Translations under genes and position numbers: made by a program | IMG/VR virus record: IMGVR_UViG_3300021375_000035 | Location: 1-54,495 of that record | Source of the DNA: a virus | Taxonomy: Duplodnaviria > Caudoviricetes | Length of the DNA: 54,495 nucleotides | Strand: one strand, 5' to 3' | Notes under the pieces: model-generated | The model's database searches: none | What the model saw: only the letters and a program-made list of their open reading frames with translations | Told to the model about the DNA's origin: nothing | Shown here: positions 44,543-54,044 of the stretch, in pieces | Numbering within the stretch: position 1 is the first letter of the stretch | How the letters are laid out: every line of letters begins with the position of its first letter

Positions 44543-44565
44543 TAAAGCAAGGTTTTACCCTTGCT
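44543..44565 (-). terminator. Weak terminator-like hairpin
   Basis: AGCAAGG gtaaaa CCTTGCT TT after the 79-aa gene. Confidence 0.5.
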
Positions 44566-44579
44566 AAAGTTTTTGACTT

Positions 44580-44819
44580 TTAGCCTATAACAATTTTTAA
44601 AGCTCCTGCTGTATGATATATATCACCCTTTTTTAAACCGGCTGCAATAGCTGCCGCTTCATTTGCATATGAATCAGAACTGGCTACATCACGTATCCAA
44701 CTAATTACTTCATTAACATGTAGTAATCTAGCATTTCCTGTTTCTGCTCTTGATACACCTTCATAAGCTGGGCTTTCAAATTGTTGCTTCAGCTTAGTTA
44801 ATTGTTTTGGTGCTCCCAT
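44580..44819 (-). CDS. Small head-decoration/fibre-like protein (79 aa)
   Basis: C-terminal YANEAAAIAAGLKKGDIYHTAGALKIV motif seen in phage fibre/decoration proteins; directly after MCP. Confidence 0.5.
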   Translation of the reverse strand: MGAPKQLTKLKQQFESPAYEGVSRAETGNARLLHVNEVISWIRDVASSDSYANEAAAIAAGLKKGDIYHTAGALKIVIG

Positions 44820-44845
44820 GATTATTATATTTAAAGGTTAAAAAT

Positions 44846-44878
44846 AAAAAGGGAGGAGGCATAAACCACCTCCCCTTT
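44846..44878 (-). terminator. Intrinsic terminator after MCP
   Basis: Minus strand GGGGAGGTGG tttatg CCTCCTCCC TTTTT. Confidence 0.8.
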
Positions 44879-44891
44879 AATGTTATAGTTC

Positions 44892-46511
44892 TTAGAATGA
44901 TCCTCCTGTAACAGGGTTTCTCATTACAATTTTAAGAACTTTAGTTGGATCCTTAACCCATATAGCTGGCATGGTTTGAGTCATATATACTCTGTATCCA
45001 TTGAACTGACCAGTAGATGCAAATCCTTGAGTTCTTCCCATGTAGTCCATAGTACCATTTTGGTAGAACCACTTAAGTTGATTATCCCAAGAAAGTTTCA
45101 ACAAGTGAATGTTGTCATTTCCTTCATCAGTTACATCAAAGATAATAAAGCTAAATGAACTTAGAGGTCTTCCATCAATTAATGGATTCTCAATGTCATT
45201 AGTATTTAAGTTATCAAATGCTGGATTCAATACAAACTTAACGTTAGCTAAGAAAGGAATAGTAAAGCTTGTGTAAGCAAAACCATAATCTAGATCCATT
45301 CCTGAACCAGATACTGCTCCAATCTCAGAAGCGTTTTGTACTAATCCTGAACCATACACTTCATCAGCAATTGCTTTGTTGATTAATTGCATACCACCAA
45401 TACCTGTTTGTACAACAAGTGATCTTTGTGGGTCTGGTCCTTTGAACTCAACTTTACCTTGATAGAAGTTATAAAGTTCAGATTTAAACATGTCAAGTGT
45501 AAATGAAGACTTGTTGTATACTCTCTTGAAAGAGTTATCTAACTGTGCCCATAAACCTACAGATAATCTAATGTCATCCGGTCCATCTTGCTTAATTCTA
45601 CCACCTTTACCCCACATTAGGTAAGTTTCAATATCCGTTGCAATTTTAGATAAGTGAGCTGCTTCCATATTTGTAATGAAAGTTCTTGTTAGAGTTCCAT
45701 TCTCAAATGCTTCTCTAGCACCCGCTTTACCCATGTTTGCTACTAGTCCTTCAATACTTGGTACTGATGGATTGTTTGGATCTGTATTAAAGTTTCTCCA
45801 GATTTCAGTAACAGGTACAGTACCATCAGCGTTTAATCCGCCTTTGATCATTAAATCTGCTCTTGAAGAAATTGAATAGTGTACGTGTGCTTCAGCTCCT
45901 CCTACAAAGTTGTAGAATTCACGGAAACCAGAACCTGTTTCAATGTCAGAGAATCTTTCTCCGTACTCACCTCTTGCAGAACCTTTTCTGAAGAATTTAG
46001 TACCTTTAGCTAAATACTTGTTATCCAAGAAAGCTGTGTTATTGTTGTTAACTAATTGAACAGTGTAAACAAAACCGTCACCAGCTGGGATAATATCATC
46101 CGCAGTAATGTACAATTCTAATCCATTATACTTATCATAAGTAATAATGTCACCATGTCCAAAAGTTCTCTTGTTGATCTTGATCTTAAATAGAGTTCCA
46201 TCTACACCTTTGCTAGCATTAGCTGGTTCAATGTCTGCTACAATATAAGGAAGATCCTGTGCAATAGGAGTTTGCCACTTGTACTCACCTCTAGCGTTAT
46301 CCACCATGATAGTATTCTTTCCACCAAAAGAAGCCATTTGATATAAAGGCATTTCTACCTTTTGGGTCATAGCCCATAAATCAATTGGTCCCATATCCAT
46401 AGGCTCAGGGTTACCAAGCATTTGGGTAAGGTGATAAGAATCAACATGTGAACTTGCTTTATAGCTTGTATCACGTAGGAAAATCCCATTATTTAAAACT
46501 GGAGTTGCCAT
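44892..46511 (-). CDS. Major capsid protein (539 aa)
   Basis: Order terminase-portal-scaffold-MCP; EYKW, YLMWGKG..GLWAQL, VQTGIGGM, IWVKDPTK motifs of crAss-like MCPs; biased codon usage (many AAC/TTC); strong terminator downstream. Confidence 0.85.
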   Translation of the reverse strand: MATPVLNNGIFLRDTSYKASSHVDSYHLTQMLGNPEPMDMGPIDLWAMTQKVEMPLYQMASFGGKNTIMVDNARGEYKWQTPIAQDLPYIVADIEPANASKGVDGTLFKIKINKRTFGHGDIITYDKYNGLELYITADDIIPAGDGFVYTVQLVNNNNTAFLDNKYLAKGTKFFRKGSARGEYGERFSDIETGSGFREFYNFVGGAEAHVHYSISSRADLMIKGGLNADGTVPVTEIWRNFNTDPNNPSVPSIEGLVANMGKAGAREAFENGTLTRTFITNMEAAHLSKIATDIETYLMWGKGGRIKQDGPDDIRLSVGLWAQLDNSFKRVYNKSSFTLDMFKSELYNFYQGKVEFKGPDPQRSLVVQTGIGGMQLINKAIADEVYGSGLVQNASEIGAVSGSGMDLDYGFAYTSFTIPFLANVKFVLNPAFDNLNTNDIENPLIDGRPLSSFSFIIFDVTDEGNDNIHLLKLSWDNQLKWFYQNGTMDYMGRTQGFASTGQFNGYRVYMTQTMPAIWVKDPTKVLKIVMRNPVTGGSF

Positions 46512-46566
46512 AATTTTGATTGTTTTTAGTTAATAATTAATTTCAGTTTATATATTTAATGTTAAA

Positions 46567-47883
46567 TTAAATTCTTTTAAATATGTTGGTAGGTCTTTGA
46601 ATCTTTCTTTTAGAAGTTCTTTTAACTTCTTCATCTCTTGCTTGAACTCCCAATGATGCACCACCTGCATTTGTTTGCTCACTCTTCAATTTTCTAACCG
46701 TTTTCTCAACACTCTTTTGTGCACCCTTATCCATAATCTTTGCTTTGTAAGCTACTGGGTCTTGTAATAACCATAGTGCTTCAGAGATTAATGCATAATT
46801 AGGCTCCACAAATTGATACTTTTCTAATAAGTGACCTAATAGATTTGTATTAGTTCCACTTACTGAAGGATAGTTAGGTTGTACTAAACCATTATATAAC
46901 ATAGCTTGAGTCTTTCTATCAACTTTAATATCTCCTAATTTACCTTCTTTTAATGTCTCATAGACATTTTTCATATATTGTTGTGATGCATGCTCTTGTT
47001 GTTTTTTCTTCAACTCTTGTTCTTTGAGTTTTTGTGCAACAACTTTTTCTTGCATCTTATCTAATTTTGGTTTAAACTTAGAAGCTTGTGTTTCAAGTTT
47101 ACCTAAGTCTTTCCAAATTTCAATTTCTTCTTGTATATCCTCAGCAGTACCATAACCAGTTGCACTTAAATATTCAGTAATGATCTTTTCTTGATCAGAT
47201 GCTTTTTTAATGTTTAACTCTTTATGTTGCTCTACTTGAGATAATGTAGAAAATAAACCTTTTAAATCTTTACCACCATCAGCTACATACTTTGCAGCTA
47301 TTTGTAATTCTTGTGGTAAGCTCTGGAAAAATTGTTTTGGAGTTTCACTTCTTACTTGTCTAGCTTTTTCTTCTAGATTAGCTTCAATTAACTCTTCCCA
47401 GTCTTTAGCAGTATATTCTTCTAATGATTTATCATCATCAAATGGTACAATCTTATCATCTTTAATAAGTTTACCAAATACATCTGAGATACCACTAATT
47501 GATTTTCTACCTCTTTTTTCTTTTGGTTTGTTTTCTTCTTCTTCTTCTCCTACATCTAAAGAATCTAATATATCTTCTACATCAGCTTCTACTTTAGTTT
47601 CTGTTTTAGTTTCAGCTTTAACTTCTTCAGTAGCTTCTGCTTCAACAGTTTCTTCTTTTTTGTTTTCTTCTACTTTTGCATCTAAGTCATCAGCATCAGA
47701 AATATCTGGATCAGCAAAAGACATGTCAGCTTTATCATTTAAACCAGAAAAAATGTTTTTTGGTTTAGCCTTAGTATCTTGAATCATATCAGCACCACTT
47801 GGAGCTGCATTAAAGATTTCATCTAAGTTAATATCTACTTGTTCTACTTTACTATTCACAGTTTGTGTTTGCGTTGCACTCAT
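46567..47883 (-). CDS. Scaffold-like protein (438 aa)
   Basis: Acidic disordered N-half, coiled-coil middle, basic tail; between portal and MCP. Confidence 0.65.
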   Translation of the reverse strand: MSATQTQTVNSKVEQVDINLDEIFNAAPSGADMIQDTKAKPKNIFSGLNDKADMSFADPDISDADDLDAKVEENKKEETVEAEATEEVKAETKTETKVEADVEDILDSLDVGEEEEENKPKEKRGRKSISGISDVFGKLIKDDKIVPFDDDKSLEEYTAKDWEELIEANLEEKARQVRSETPKQFFQSLPQELQIAAKYVADGGKDLKGLFSTLSQVEQHKELNIKKASDQEKIITEYLSATGYGTAEDIQEEIEIWKDLGKLETQASKFKPKLDKMQEKVVAQKLKEQELKKKQQEHASQQYMKNVYETLKEGKLGDIKVDRKTQAMLYNGLVQPNYPSVSGTNTNLLGHLLEKYQFVEPNYALISEALWLLQDPVAYKAKIMDKGAQKSVEKTVRKLKSEQTNAGGASLGVQARDEEVKRTSKRKIQRPTNIFKRI

Positions 47884-47923
47884 AATATTTGTTGGTTTTA
47901 ATATTAATAACTTCTTACATACA

Positions 47924-47934
47924 TAATATAAGAA
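47924..47934 (-). promoter_or_regulatory. Late-promoter variant TTCTTATATTA
   Basis: TATATTA core 40 nt upstream of the scaffold ATG. Confidence 0.5.
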
Positions 47935-48013
47935 TTCTTTTATTATAAATTGCTATGTTAAACTTAAAAAATTTTCTTAAAAATGAAAATAAAATGCAGT
48001 ATATAGCTAACGC

Positions 48014-50764
48014 TTATTTTTTATCTTCCTTTTTTGGTGAATCATACTTGTTTTTATTCTCTCTTGCAATTTGTAGTTTTGTATCAGCAATCTGTTTATC
48101 AGCAGCAATTTTTTCTCTTTCAACAGATAATCTGCTATTCTCCATAGCTTGTTTAGAACTGTTTTCTTCACGTTTCATATTCATTTGCTCTCTATATTGA
48201 GTAGTCTCTCTAATCTCTTTCATAGCATCCTGATAATCAGATACTTGATTTTGATTTATATCTACCATAGAACCATACCCTGCTGATCTGATTTCTGCTA
48301 ATGTAATATCATTTTGTCTGTCTTTTTCATTTTCAGACATTTCTACTTGAAGTTTTTGTTGTTCTTCTTGCTGCTTAGCTTTTAATTGTTGCTCTTGCAT
48401 TTGACGTTGCTGCTGCATATCCTGTTCTCTTTGCTTCTGTATTCTAGTTTCAGAGTCTTTAAGTATGTCTGATACTTCTGCAATTGAGTCAGCTTTAACA
48501 ATATTACCTAATTCATAAATACTTGCTCCTGTTGTATTATTTGTAAGAGCCATTTGTTTTAGGTTTTCTAATATAGCTCTATGATTAGTTTTAGTAGTTG
48601 CAAATACATTAAAATCTCTAAGTAATAGATCAGTACCATTTATAGTAAAATTAACCTTCTCAGCCTCTGTAGAGATATATTGCAATCTTAGGCTTGGATT
48701 ATTACTGTAATAGTATTGTGCTAAGTCAGTTCTCATTTGATGCACTCTTGGCATTAAATGATCTGAATGCTGTACAAAATACATTTCTGTTTGTGCATAA
48801 GATTGCTGCATAGCTTGAACTACACCTGTAGCTGTTTGAGCTGATACAGCACCACCTAAACGCTGTGGGTTAATACCTATAGCATCAAAACATTGTTGCT
48901 TAAAATAGTTTGCTAGTTGTATTCTAGACATCAATCTATTTGTTTGCTCCATGTTTAGAGTCTGGTAATGATTGAAGTTGGTGGCATTCTCAGTATTAGT
49001 AATTGAAGTATCTAATGGTAACATTTGAAAATCTTTCATTGCTACCCATGCTTTTGAATAATTATTTTTACCCCAGTCTTCTCCCATTGAGTGACGTGGT
49101 AAAGCATTCTGATCAAACATGATTACTGTTCCTAATTCATCTATTAGAATGTCTGCAATCTGGTTATTAACCATATTGTACCCAACTTGATATGCTTTCA
49201 TTAGATCAACTAATGATGTAGATCTAGTGTTTCTATCTGAAAATACTCTTCCTTCTACTGGAAGTTTACATCCATAAAGTGTATTGTTTCCTTTAAATTG
49301 AAATGGTAATCTACCAGGTTTAGTTCTATTAATACCTATATAAATTGGATTAATATTATCACCCATAGTAGATCTCCACATAGCAGGTAAATTAGGACCT
49401 ATCTTAACACCACCCCATACTTCATTAATCCATATCCAGTCAATATGTTCTCCTGCTAATAAATTTTCTTTAGTTTTTTGTTTAAATATTGATGTATCAT
49501 AAATAGCCTTTTTAGTTATCTTAAATGTTTCATCAATAATTTCTTGTGTAACTTCACCATCATCTTCAATCTTAGTTAAGTGTCCAACTTTTCTTTGAGT
49601 CTTCCAATAAATTGTAGCAACTCTAAGTAAGTTTCCTTCACCCCATGATGATACATCTTCATTCTCATCAAGTATCTCACTAAGTATATCTCCACCATTA
49701 GCAGGATCATTCCAGTAATTAGATGTAAATTGTCTATAAGCTAAACCTGGTGCATTAGTATTCCATTCATGTGATCTTTGAGGATCATAATAAGCACCAT
49801 CATTTTGATAACCATTTACTTGATATTGTGCAGATCTAGCAGGATAGATTCTTTGTAATGACTTTAGTTGTTTTTCATCCATCAAATAACCATATCTATC
49901 TATTGCATCTGATACAGTCATTAAATCTATTTTACCAGCATAATTAGAATCAGCAATATATCTTTGATCTGGAGACTTTTGATAAAATGTTAGTACAGGA
50001 TTCCAGAGTTCTATATCATAGTCATCTTCTAGCATACGGAAATGCCAGAATTCTCTGTCCGCAATAAGCATATCTCTAAAGGCTCTTTCTTCAAGTTCTT
50101 GCATTTTGAATCTTTCATCATCTACTGCAAGTTGGTGAGATGCCCACTCTTCTACCATACTTCTATATGACTTACTAAAAAAGTCTTCTATTTCTGGTAA
50201 TGATTTTATTGCTTCTGGTGATAATTGTTGTTGAGCTTCTTCAGATGCAGGGTCCATACCCATCTCTACCATTCTACGTACTAAGTTTGCTTCAGCATCT
50301 GATAACAGTGCTTCTTCTATTTGCATTCTTTTCTGCTCTAACATCTCATTATAAGACGCATCATCTACTGCTCTAAATTGTACTTTAGAATATCTTTTAG
50401 CAAATTCCCCCGTAAGTACATTTATTACATTTGGAACTATTGGATAAAACTTTAACTCTAACGCAGAATCATTTTCTCTTGTTAAAGTATCCATTAAATC
50501 TTTATATTCATTGTCAGGTTCAACAATGTAATCTGATTTATCTATAATACCTTTTGCAAGTTTATAGTTCTTTAATAATCTTCTTGAATTGATACGTAAG
50601 AATTCTATTCCTTGTAGCTCTAGCCAATCTAAATTCCATGCTGCCCAATCATCATCTTTTTTCTTATATGGTAAAAATTGTACTGGCTGTGTTAAACTAG
50701 AAAATGTAGGCCCGCTTTCAGCTTTGGCACCATTCTTAAGTTGCATTGCATTTAATACTCTCAT
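48014..50764 (-). CDS. Portal protein (916 aa)
   Basis: FYPIVPNVINVLTGEFAKR, WIWINEVWGGVKIG, SLVDLMKAYQ, IGINPQRLG; abuts the terminase stop (TAA-ATG); long coiled-coil C-terminus. Confidence 0.88.
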   Translation of the reverse strand: MRVLNAMQLKNGAKAESGPTFSSLTQPVQFLPYKKKDDDWAAWNLDWLELQGIEFLRINSRRLLKNYKLAKGIIDKSDYIVEPDNEYKDLMDTLTRENDSALELKFYPIVPNVINVLTGEFAKRYSKVQFRAVDDASYNEMLEQKRMQIEEALLSDAEANLVRRMVEMGMDPASEEAQQQLSPEAIKSLPEIEDFFSKSYRSMVEEWASHQLAVDDERFKMQELEERAFRDMLIADREFWHFRMLEDDYDIELWNPVLTFYQKSPDQRYIADSNYAGKIDLMTVSDAIDRYGYLMDEKQLKSLQRIYPARSAQYQVNGYQNDGAYYDPQRSHEWNTNAPGLAYRQFTSNYWNDPANGGDILSEILDENEDVSSWGEGNLLRVATIYWKTQRKVGHLTKIEDDGEVTQEIIDETFKITKKAIYDTSIFKQKTKENLLAGEHIDWIWINEVWGGVKIGPNLPAMWRSTMGDNINPIYIGINRTKPGRLPFQFKGNNTLYGCKLPVEGRVFSDRNTRSTSLVDLMKAYQVGYNMVNNQIADILIDELGTVIMFDQNALPRHSMGEDWGKNNYSKAWVAMKDFQMLPLDTSITNTENATNFNHYQTLNMEQTNRLMSRIQLANYFKQQCFDAIGINPQRLGGAVSAQTATGVVQAMQQSYAQTEMYFVQHSDHLMPRVHQMRTDLAQYYYSNNPSLRLQYISTEAEKVNFTINGTDLLLRDFNVFATTKTNHRAILENLKQMALTNNTTGASIYELGNIVKADSIAEVSDILKDSETRIQKQREQDMQQQRQMQEQQLKAKQQEEQQKLQVEMSENEKDRQNDITLAEIRSAGYGSMVDINQNQVSDYQDAMKEIRETTQYREQMNMKREENSSKQAMENSRLSVEREKIAADKQIADTKLQIARENKNKYDSPKKEDKK

Positions 50765-52951
50765 TTATCTATAATTTTTAAAGCCAGATCTTTTAATTCT
50801 AGTACTATTATCTCTTCTATTACGTCCAAGATTCTTAAACGGACTATACTTTAATTTACTTATTTTTTCTGAATTTACCAAGGAATTATCCTCTGATTCA
50901 CGTCTTTTAGTATATCCTCTGTTAGACTGTTGAATTTTGACAAATGCAATTAATGCACCAAATGCAACTAATCTATCCACGTTAAGTCCAGGATAATAAG
51001 CCTGCATTTCTTTTAAAAGCATAGGATCTGGTATTCTTTCTACACCAAAAGTTTGAGACATTACATTACCTTCTTCATCTGTTTCTTCATCAATAACTTC
51101 TCTTAAAAATTCAATAGCATATGATATTAAATGACTTTTAAACAAAGTCCCTGTATTCTTCCAACCGTATTCCTGATATACTGTTTTGTTAGATCCTAAA
51201 TCTTTTAAAAATAATATCTGTTGCTTTGGAACTAAATATCTTTGTTTCTTTCTAGCAATCATATGTTGGATAAATAAACTTATATTGTTTTCTACAATAG
51301 TCCATGCATTATACCATTCTATAAGCATCTCAAGTCTTTCATGTGTTTTGTTTATATCATCAAACCTACCACACCATGCTGCTACAATCTTATCCTTTTC
51401 TATAAATTGTTCTACATCTCCACTAGCTAATTGTCTAGTTACCTCAATTGCATTCTTATAAATAAAAATACTACATAATGAATCTGATGTAGTTGTCTTA
51501 CCTTCTGATACAGGGTCAATAGAAGCATAATAAGCACCAAAGTCTGGTCTTTTCTTAGCTGGTCTTTCCCATACTACAATTGATCCCGTCTTATCTGTTT
51601 GTTTTTTATTTACTGGAAATTGTGAAATAGGTAACTTACTTGTTCTTGATGCAATAATTCCTGTCTCATCTCTATCAAGTTTAATTAACTCATATGAGTA
51701 TTCTTTTTCTTCAATCCTTTTTAATTGCTTACTAACTACACCTTGTGGAAAAACAGATTCTTTTCTATATGCAAATGCTTCAGCAATGTTTAATGGTTTC
51801 TGAGATATTCTTAATTGAAATTGTTCACCACTTAATTCATTCTTCCATCTTTCTCTTTCTATTCTAATTGCTTGTATAGCTTCTTCTATTTGAGAATTAC
51901 CATAATCATCAATGTATGGTGGCATTGACCATTGCTCTGGTATGAATAGACCTGCCATTGCTATAGTGCCATCAGCGTCCATTAAATTAGTTTCTACAGC
52001 ATATATATCATTTGCACCAGGATTGAGAATCATATCCTTTAATGGTCCACATTGTTCTAAATCACCCACAGATCCTGCAGCAATAAATTGCCCAGTTGTC
52101 ATCATACCGGAAGACATTGCTGGACGTAAGTACTCATAAGTCTGCATCATGTTTTTAGCAATACCTGCTTCCTCATGAAAAAAGTAAGTACATGGTCCAC
52201 CAACTCCAGTTGTTGCATTCTTCTCAAAAGATGCACCTTGAATTTTAGATTTTAAACCTCTTGAAGTTTTTCTGTTATTTACTTTAACTTCAATCTGTTG
52301 TTGCCATAAAAGAACTTTCTCTGGATTACTAGGTCTATACCATGCAGTATGTTCATTTAAAAATGTCTTATACTCTTCTAAAAACTTCCATGAACCTTTA
52401 TCATTAATGTAATCTTTAAGTGAAGCACCTACTTTACATATTGATCCTTCTTCAAACCAATACTGATTGATAATCTTACCCATATGAAAATATGAAGAAG
52501 CAATCTGTCTTTTCTTTAAAATAGCTACGTGTTGATTATTTAATTCAGCAATAATCTCATAGAGTGCCATATGATATTGTGCATCTCTTACTTTAGCAAA
52601 TCCGTAGTGCTTTTCTTCTTTATCAAATATAGGTAAGAAGTTGAGCCACATGTAGTAATCTCTGGTTAAATACCATTCAGCGTCTCCATCTTTAAATATT
52701 ACACCACTCCTACACTTATTCTTTTGATCTTCCCAATATGCTGTAAAGTCTTTTGATCTAAAGGGAGCACTACAATACACACCTTCTTTATTGAATATGC
52801 GTGCTTGCTCATTAAATTTAAAAGACATTTCAGTAAATTCATACTCTCCTGGCTCTTTAAAAATAAGCTCTAGATACTCTCTAAATTCTAAGTCTGTTTT
52901 AAACTCTCTAGTACCCCATTCTCCATCATATATAGGAATGATTCTACTCAT
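50765..52951 (-). CDS. terL: Terminase large subunit (728 aa)
   Basis: Walker A-like LKKRQIASSY, Walker B FFHEEAG, nuclease motifs ASIDPVSEG, IVENN, NVDRLVA. Confidence 0.92.
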   Translation of the reverse strand: MSRIIPIYDGEWGTREFKTDLEFREYLELIFKEPGEYEFTEMSFKFNEQARIFNKEGVYCSAPFRSKDFTAYWEDQKNKCRSGVIFKDGDAEWYLTRDYYMWLNFLPIFDKEEKHYGFAKVRDAQYHMALYEIIAELNNQHVAILKKRQIASSYFHMGKIINQYWFEEGSICKVGASLKDYINDKGSWKFLEEYKTFLNEHTAWYRPSNPEKVLLWQQQIEVKVNNRKTSRGLKSKIQGASFEKNATTGVGGPCTYFFHEEAGIAKNMMQTYEYLRPAMSSGMMTTGQFIAAGSVGDLEQCGPLKDMILNPGANDIYAVETNLMDADGTIAMAGLFIPEQWSMPPYIDDYGNSQIEEAIQAIRIERERWKNELSGEQFQLRISQKPLNIAEAFAYRKESVFPQGVVSKQLKRIEEKEYSYELIKLDRDETGIIASRTSKLPISQFPVNKKQTDKTGSIVVWERPAKKRPDFGAYYASIDPVSEGKTTTSDSLCSIFIYKNAIEVTRQLASGDVEQFIEKDKIVAAWCGRFDDINKTHERLEMLIEWYNAWTIVENNISLFIQHMIARKKQRYLVPKQQILFLKDLGSNKTVYQEYGWKNTGTLFKSHLISYAIEFLREVIDEETDEEGNVMSQTFGVERIPDPMLLKEMQAYYPGLNVDRLVAFGALIAFVKIQQSNRGYTKRRESEDNSLVNSEKISKLKYSPFKNLGRNRRDNSTRIKRSGFKNYR

Positions 52952-53222
52952 CTCTTATGATAGCATATACATCTCCAAACTGTAATAATAAATGCTGCTC
53001 ACCATTGTGTGTCATTGGTGTAGGCATTGCATGATCTGCATAATGTACCACATCTCCTATTTGTATTTCTTTAACTTCATCTCCTTTACCAACTACTTCA
53101 CCTTGAAAGGTTTTTTTCTGTGCCATTTCTGGTAAATATAATCCTGATGCAGTTTTAGTTTCAGGCTTAATTTCCTTTATTAATAACTTCATTCCTACTG
53201 GCACTACTACTTTTTTCTTCAT
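52944..53222 (-). CDS. groES: Co-chaperonin GroES (Cpn10)
   Basis: PVGMKLLIK..ETKTASGLYLPE..GEVVGKG..GDVV..DVYAII. Confidence 0.9.
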   Translation of the reverse strand: MKKKVVVPVGMKLLIKEIKPETKTASGLYLPEMAQKKTFQGEVVGKGDEVKEIQIGDVVHYADHAMPTPMTHNGEQHLLLQFGDVYAIIRDE

Positions 53223-53241
53223 TTTATTTGGTTTTAATTAT

Positions 53242-53763
53242 TTACATTTGATCATATGCAAGCCCTGCTCCTCCACGTACAGAACTTTCTTGTTCATTCC
53301 TCATATCAGTAAAAGCACCCTTATATGATTGTCTTATCTGCTCAAATTTAGCAGCTGCATTAATCATTGAGTTCATATTACCATCTCTTCCATGCTCTAT
53401 AGCTGTAACTTCCATATACTTAGCTAATCTATCTAACATAGATTTAATACCTACATATGCTCTATATGTGGGAGTTTCATATAACTTCTTACACATATCC
53501 ATACCATATCTAATTTTTGAATCTTCTGGTGATTCTTCAAGTCCTATTTCTTCTATAATAATATCTTCTTTTTCATGCTCAGGCAAATTAAAAAAAGGAT
53601 TCATATCAGGATTAGGGCAAGTCATATAAAACAAATATTGATACACTTGCATGTGTGTATCAGGATATTCATCCATAATGCTTTTCAAAAATGGTAATGC
53701 ATAACAATGCTCTGTTACCACTAGTTTGCTGTTTTGTATATCAAATAATTTTACTAACATCAT
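53242..53763 (-). CDS. Conserved helical protein upstream of terL, possible terminase small subunit (173 aa)
   Basis: Position, size, YLFYM..NPF motif and C-terminal SSVRGG; function inferred from synteny only. Confidence 0.45.
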   Translation of the reverse strand: MMLVKLFDIQNSKLVVTEHCYALPFLKSIMDEYPDTHMQVYQYLFYMTCPNPDMNPFFNLPEHEKEDIIIEEIGLEESPEDSKIRYGMDMCKKLYETPTYRAYVGIKSMLDRLAKYMEVTAIEHGRDGNMNSMINAAAKFEQIRQSYKGAFTDMRNEQESSVRGGAGLAYDQM

Positions 53764-54041
53764 TCATTACATAAGTCACCACAATCAATTGCAGTCATGA
53801 AACCTTTGATCTCTTGATAGCTTTCTTTAAGTAAAAAAACATTAGGACCAACATAAGATACTTGTGTTAAATTTTGATTTGGAACTTTACCTACAGCTAA
53901 AATTTTTGCTTTATCTATGTATAAAGGTTCTGTATCCCTATAGGATATTTCAGGTACCAAAGTAACTGGATTTGTAACTTGTTTGGGTATTACTTGTGTA
54001 ACCTCAACATATCTGGGTATTAAAAAAGGTATTTTTGCCAT
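53760..54041 (-). CDS. Hypothetical protein (93 aa)
   Basis: ATGA overlap with the next gene; LYIDKAKI..TQV..LLKESYQEI loosely resembles FlbD-like small beta domains. Confidence 0.55.
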   Translation of the reverse strand: MAKIPFLIPRYVEVTQVIPKQVTNPVTLVPEISYRDTEPLYIDKAKILAVGKVPNQNLTQVSYVGPNVFLLKESYQEIKGFMTAIDCGDLCNE

Positions 54042-54044
54042 AGT

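Noticed and set aside
44892-52951. Introns or inteins in terminase, portal or MCP
   Set aside because: ORFs are continuous, with no intein splice-junction or homing-endonuclease motifs recognised.
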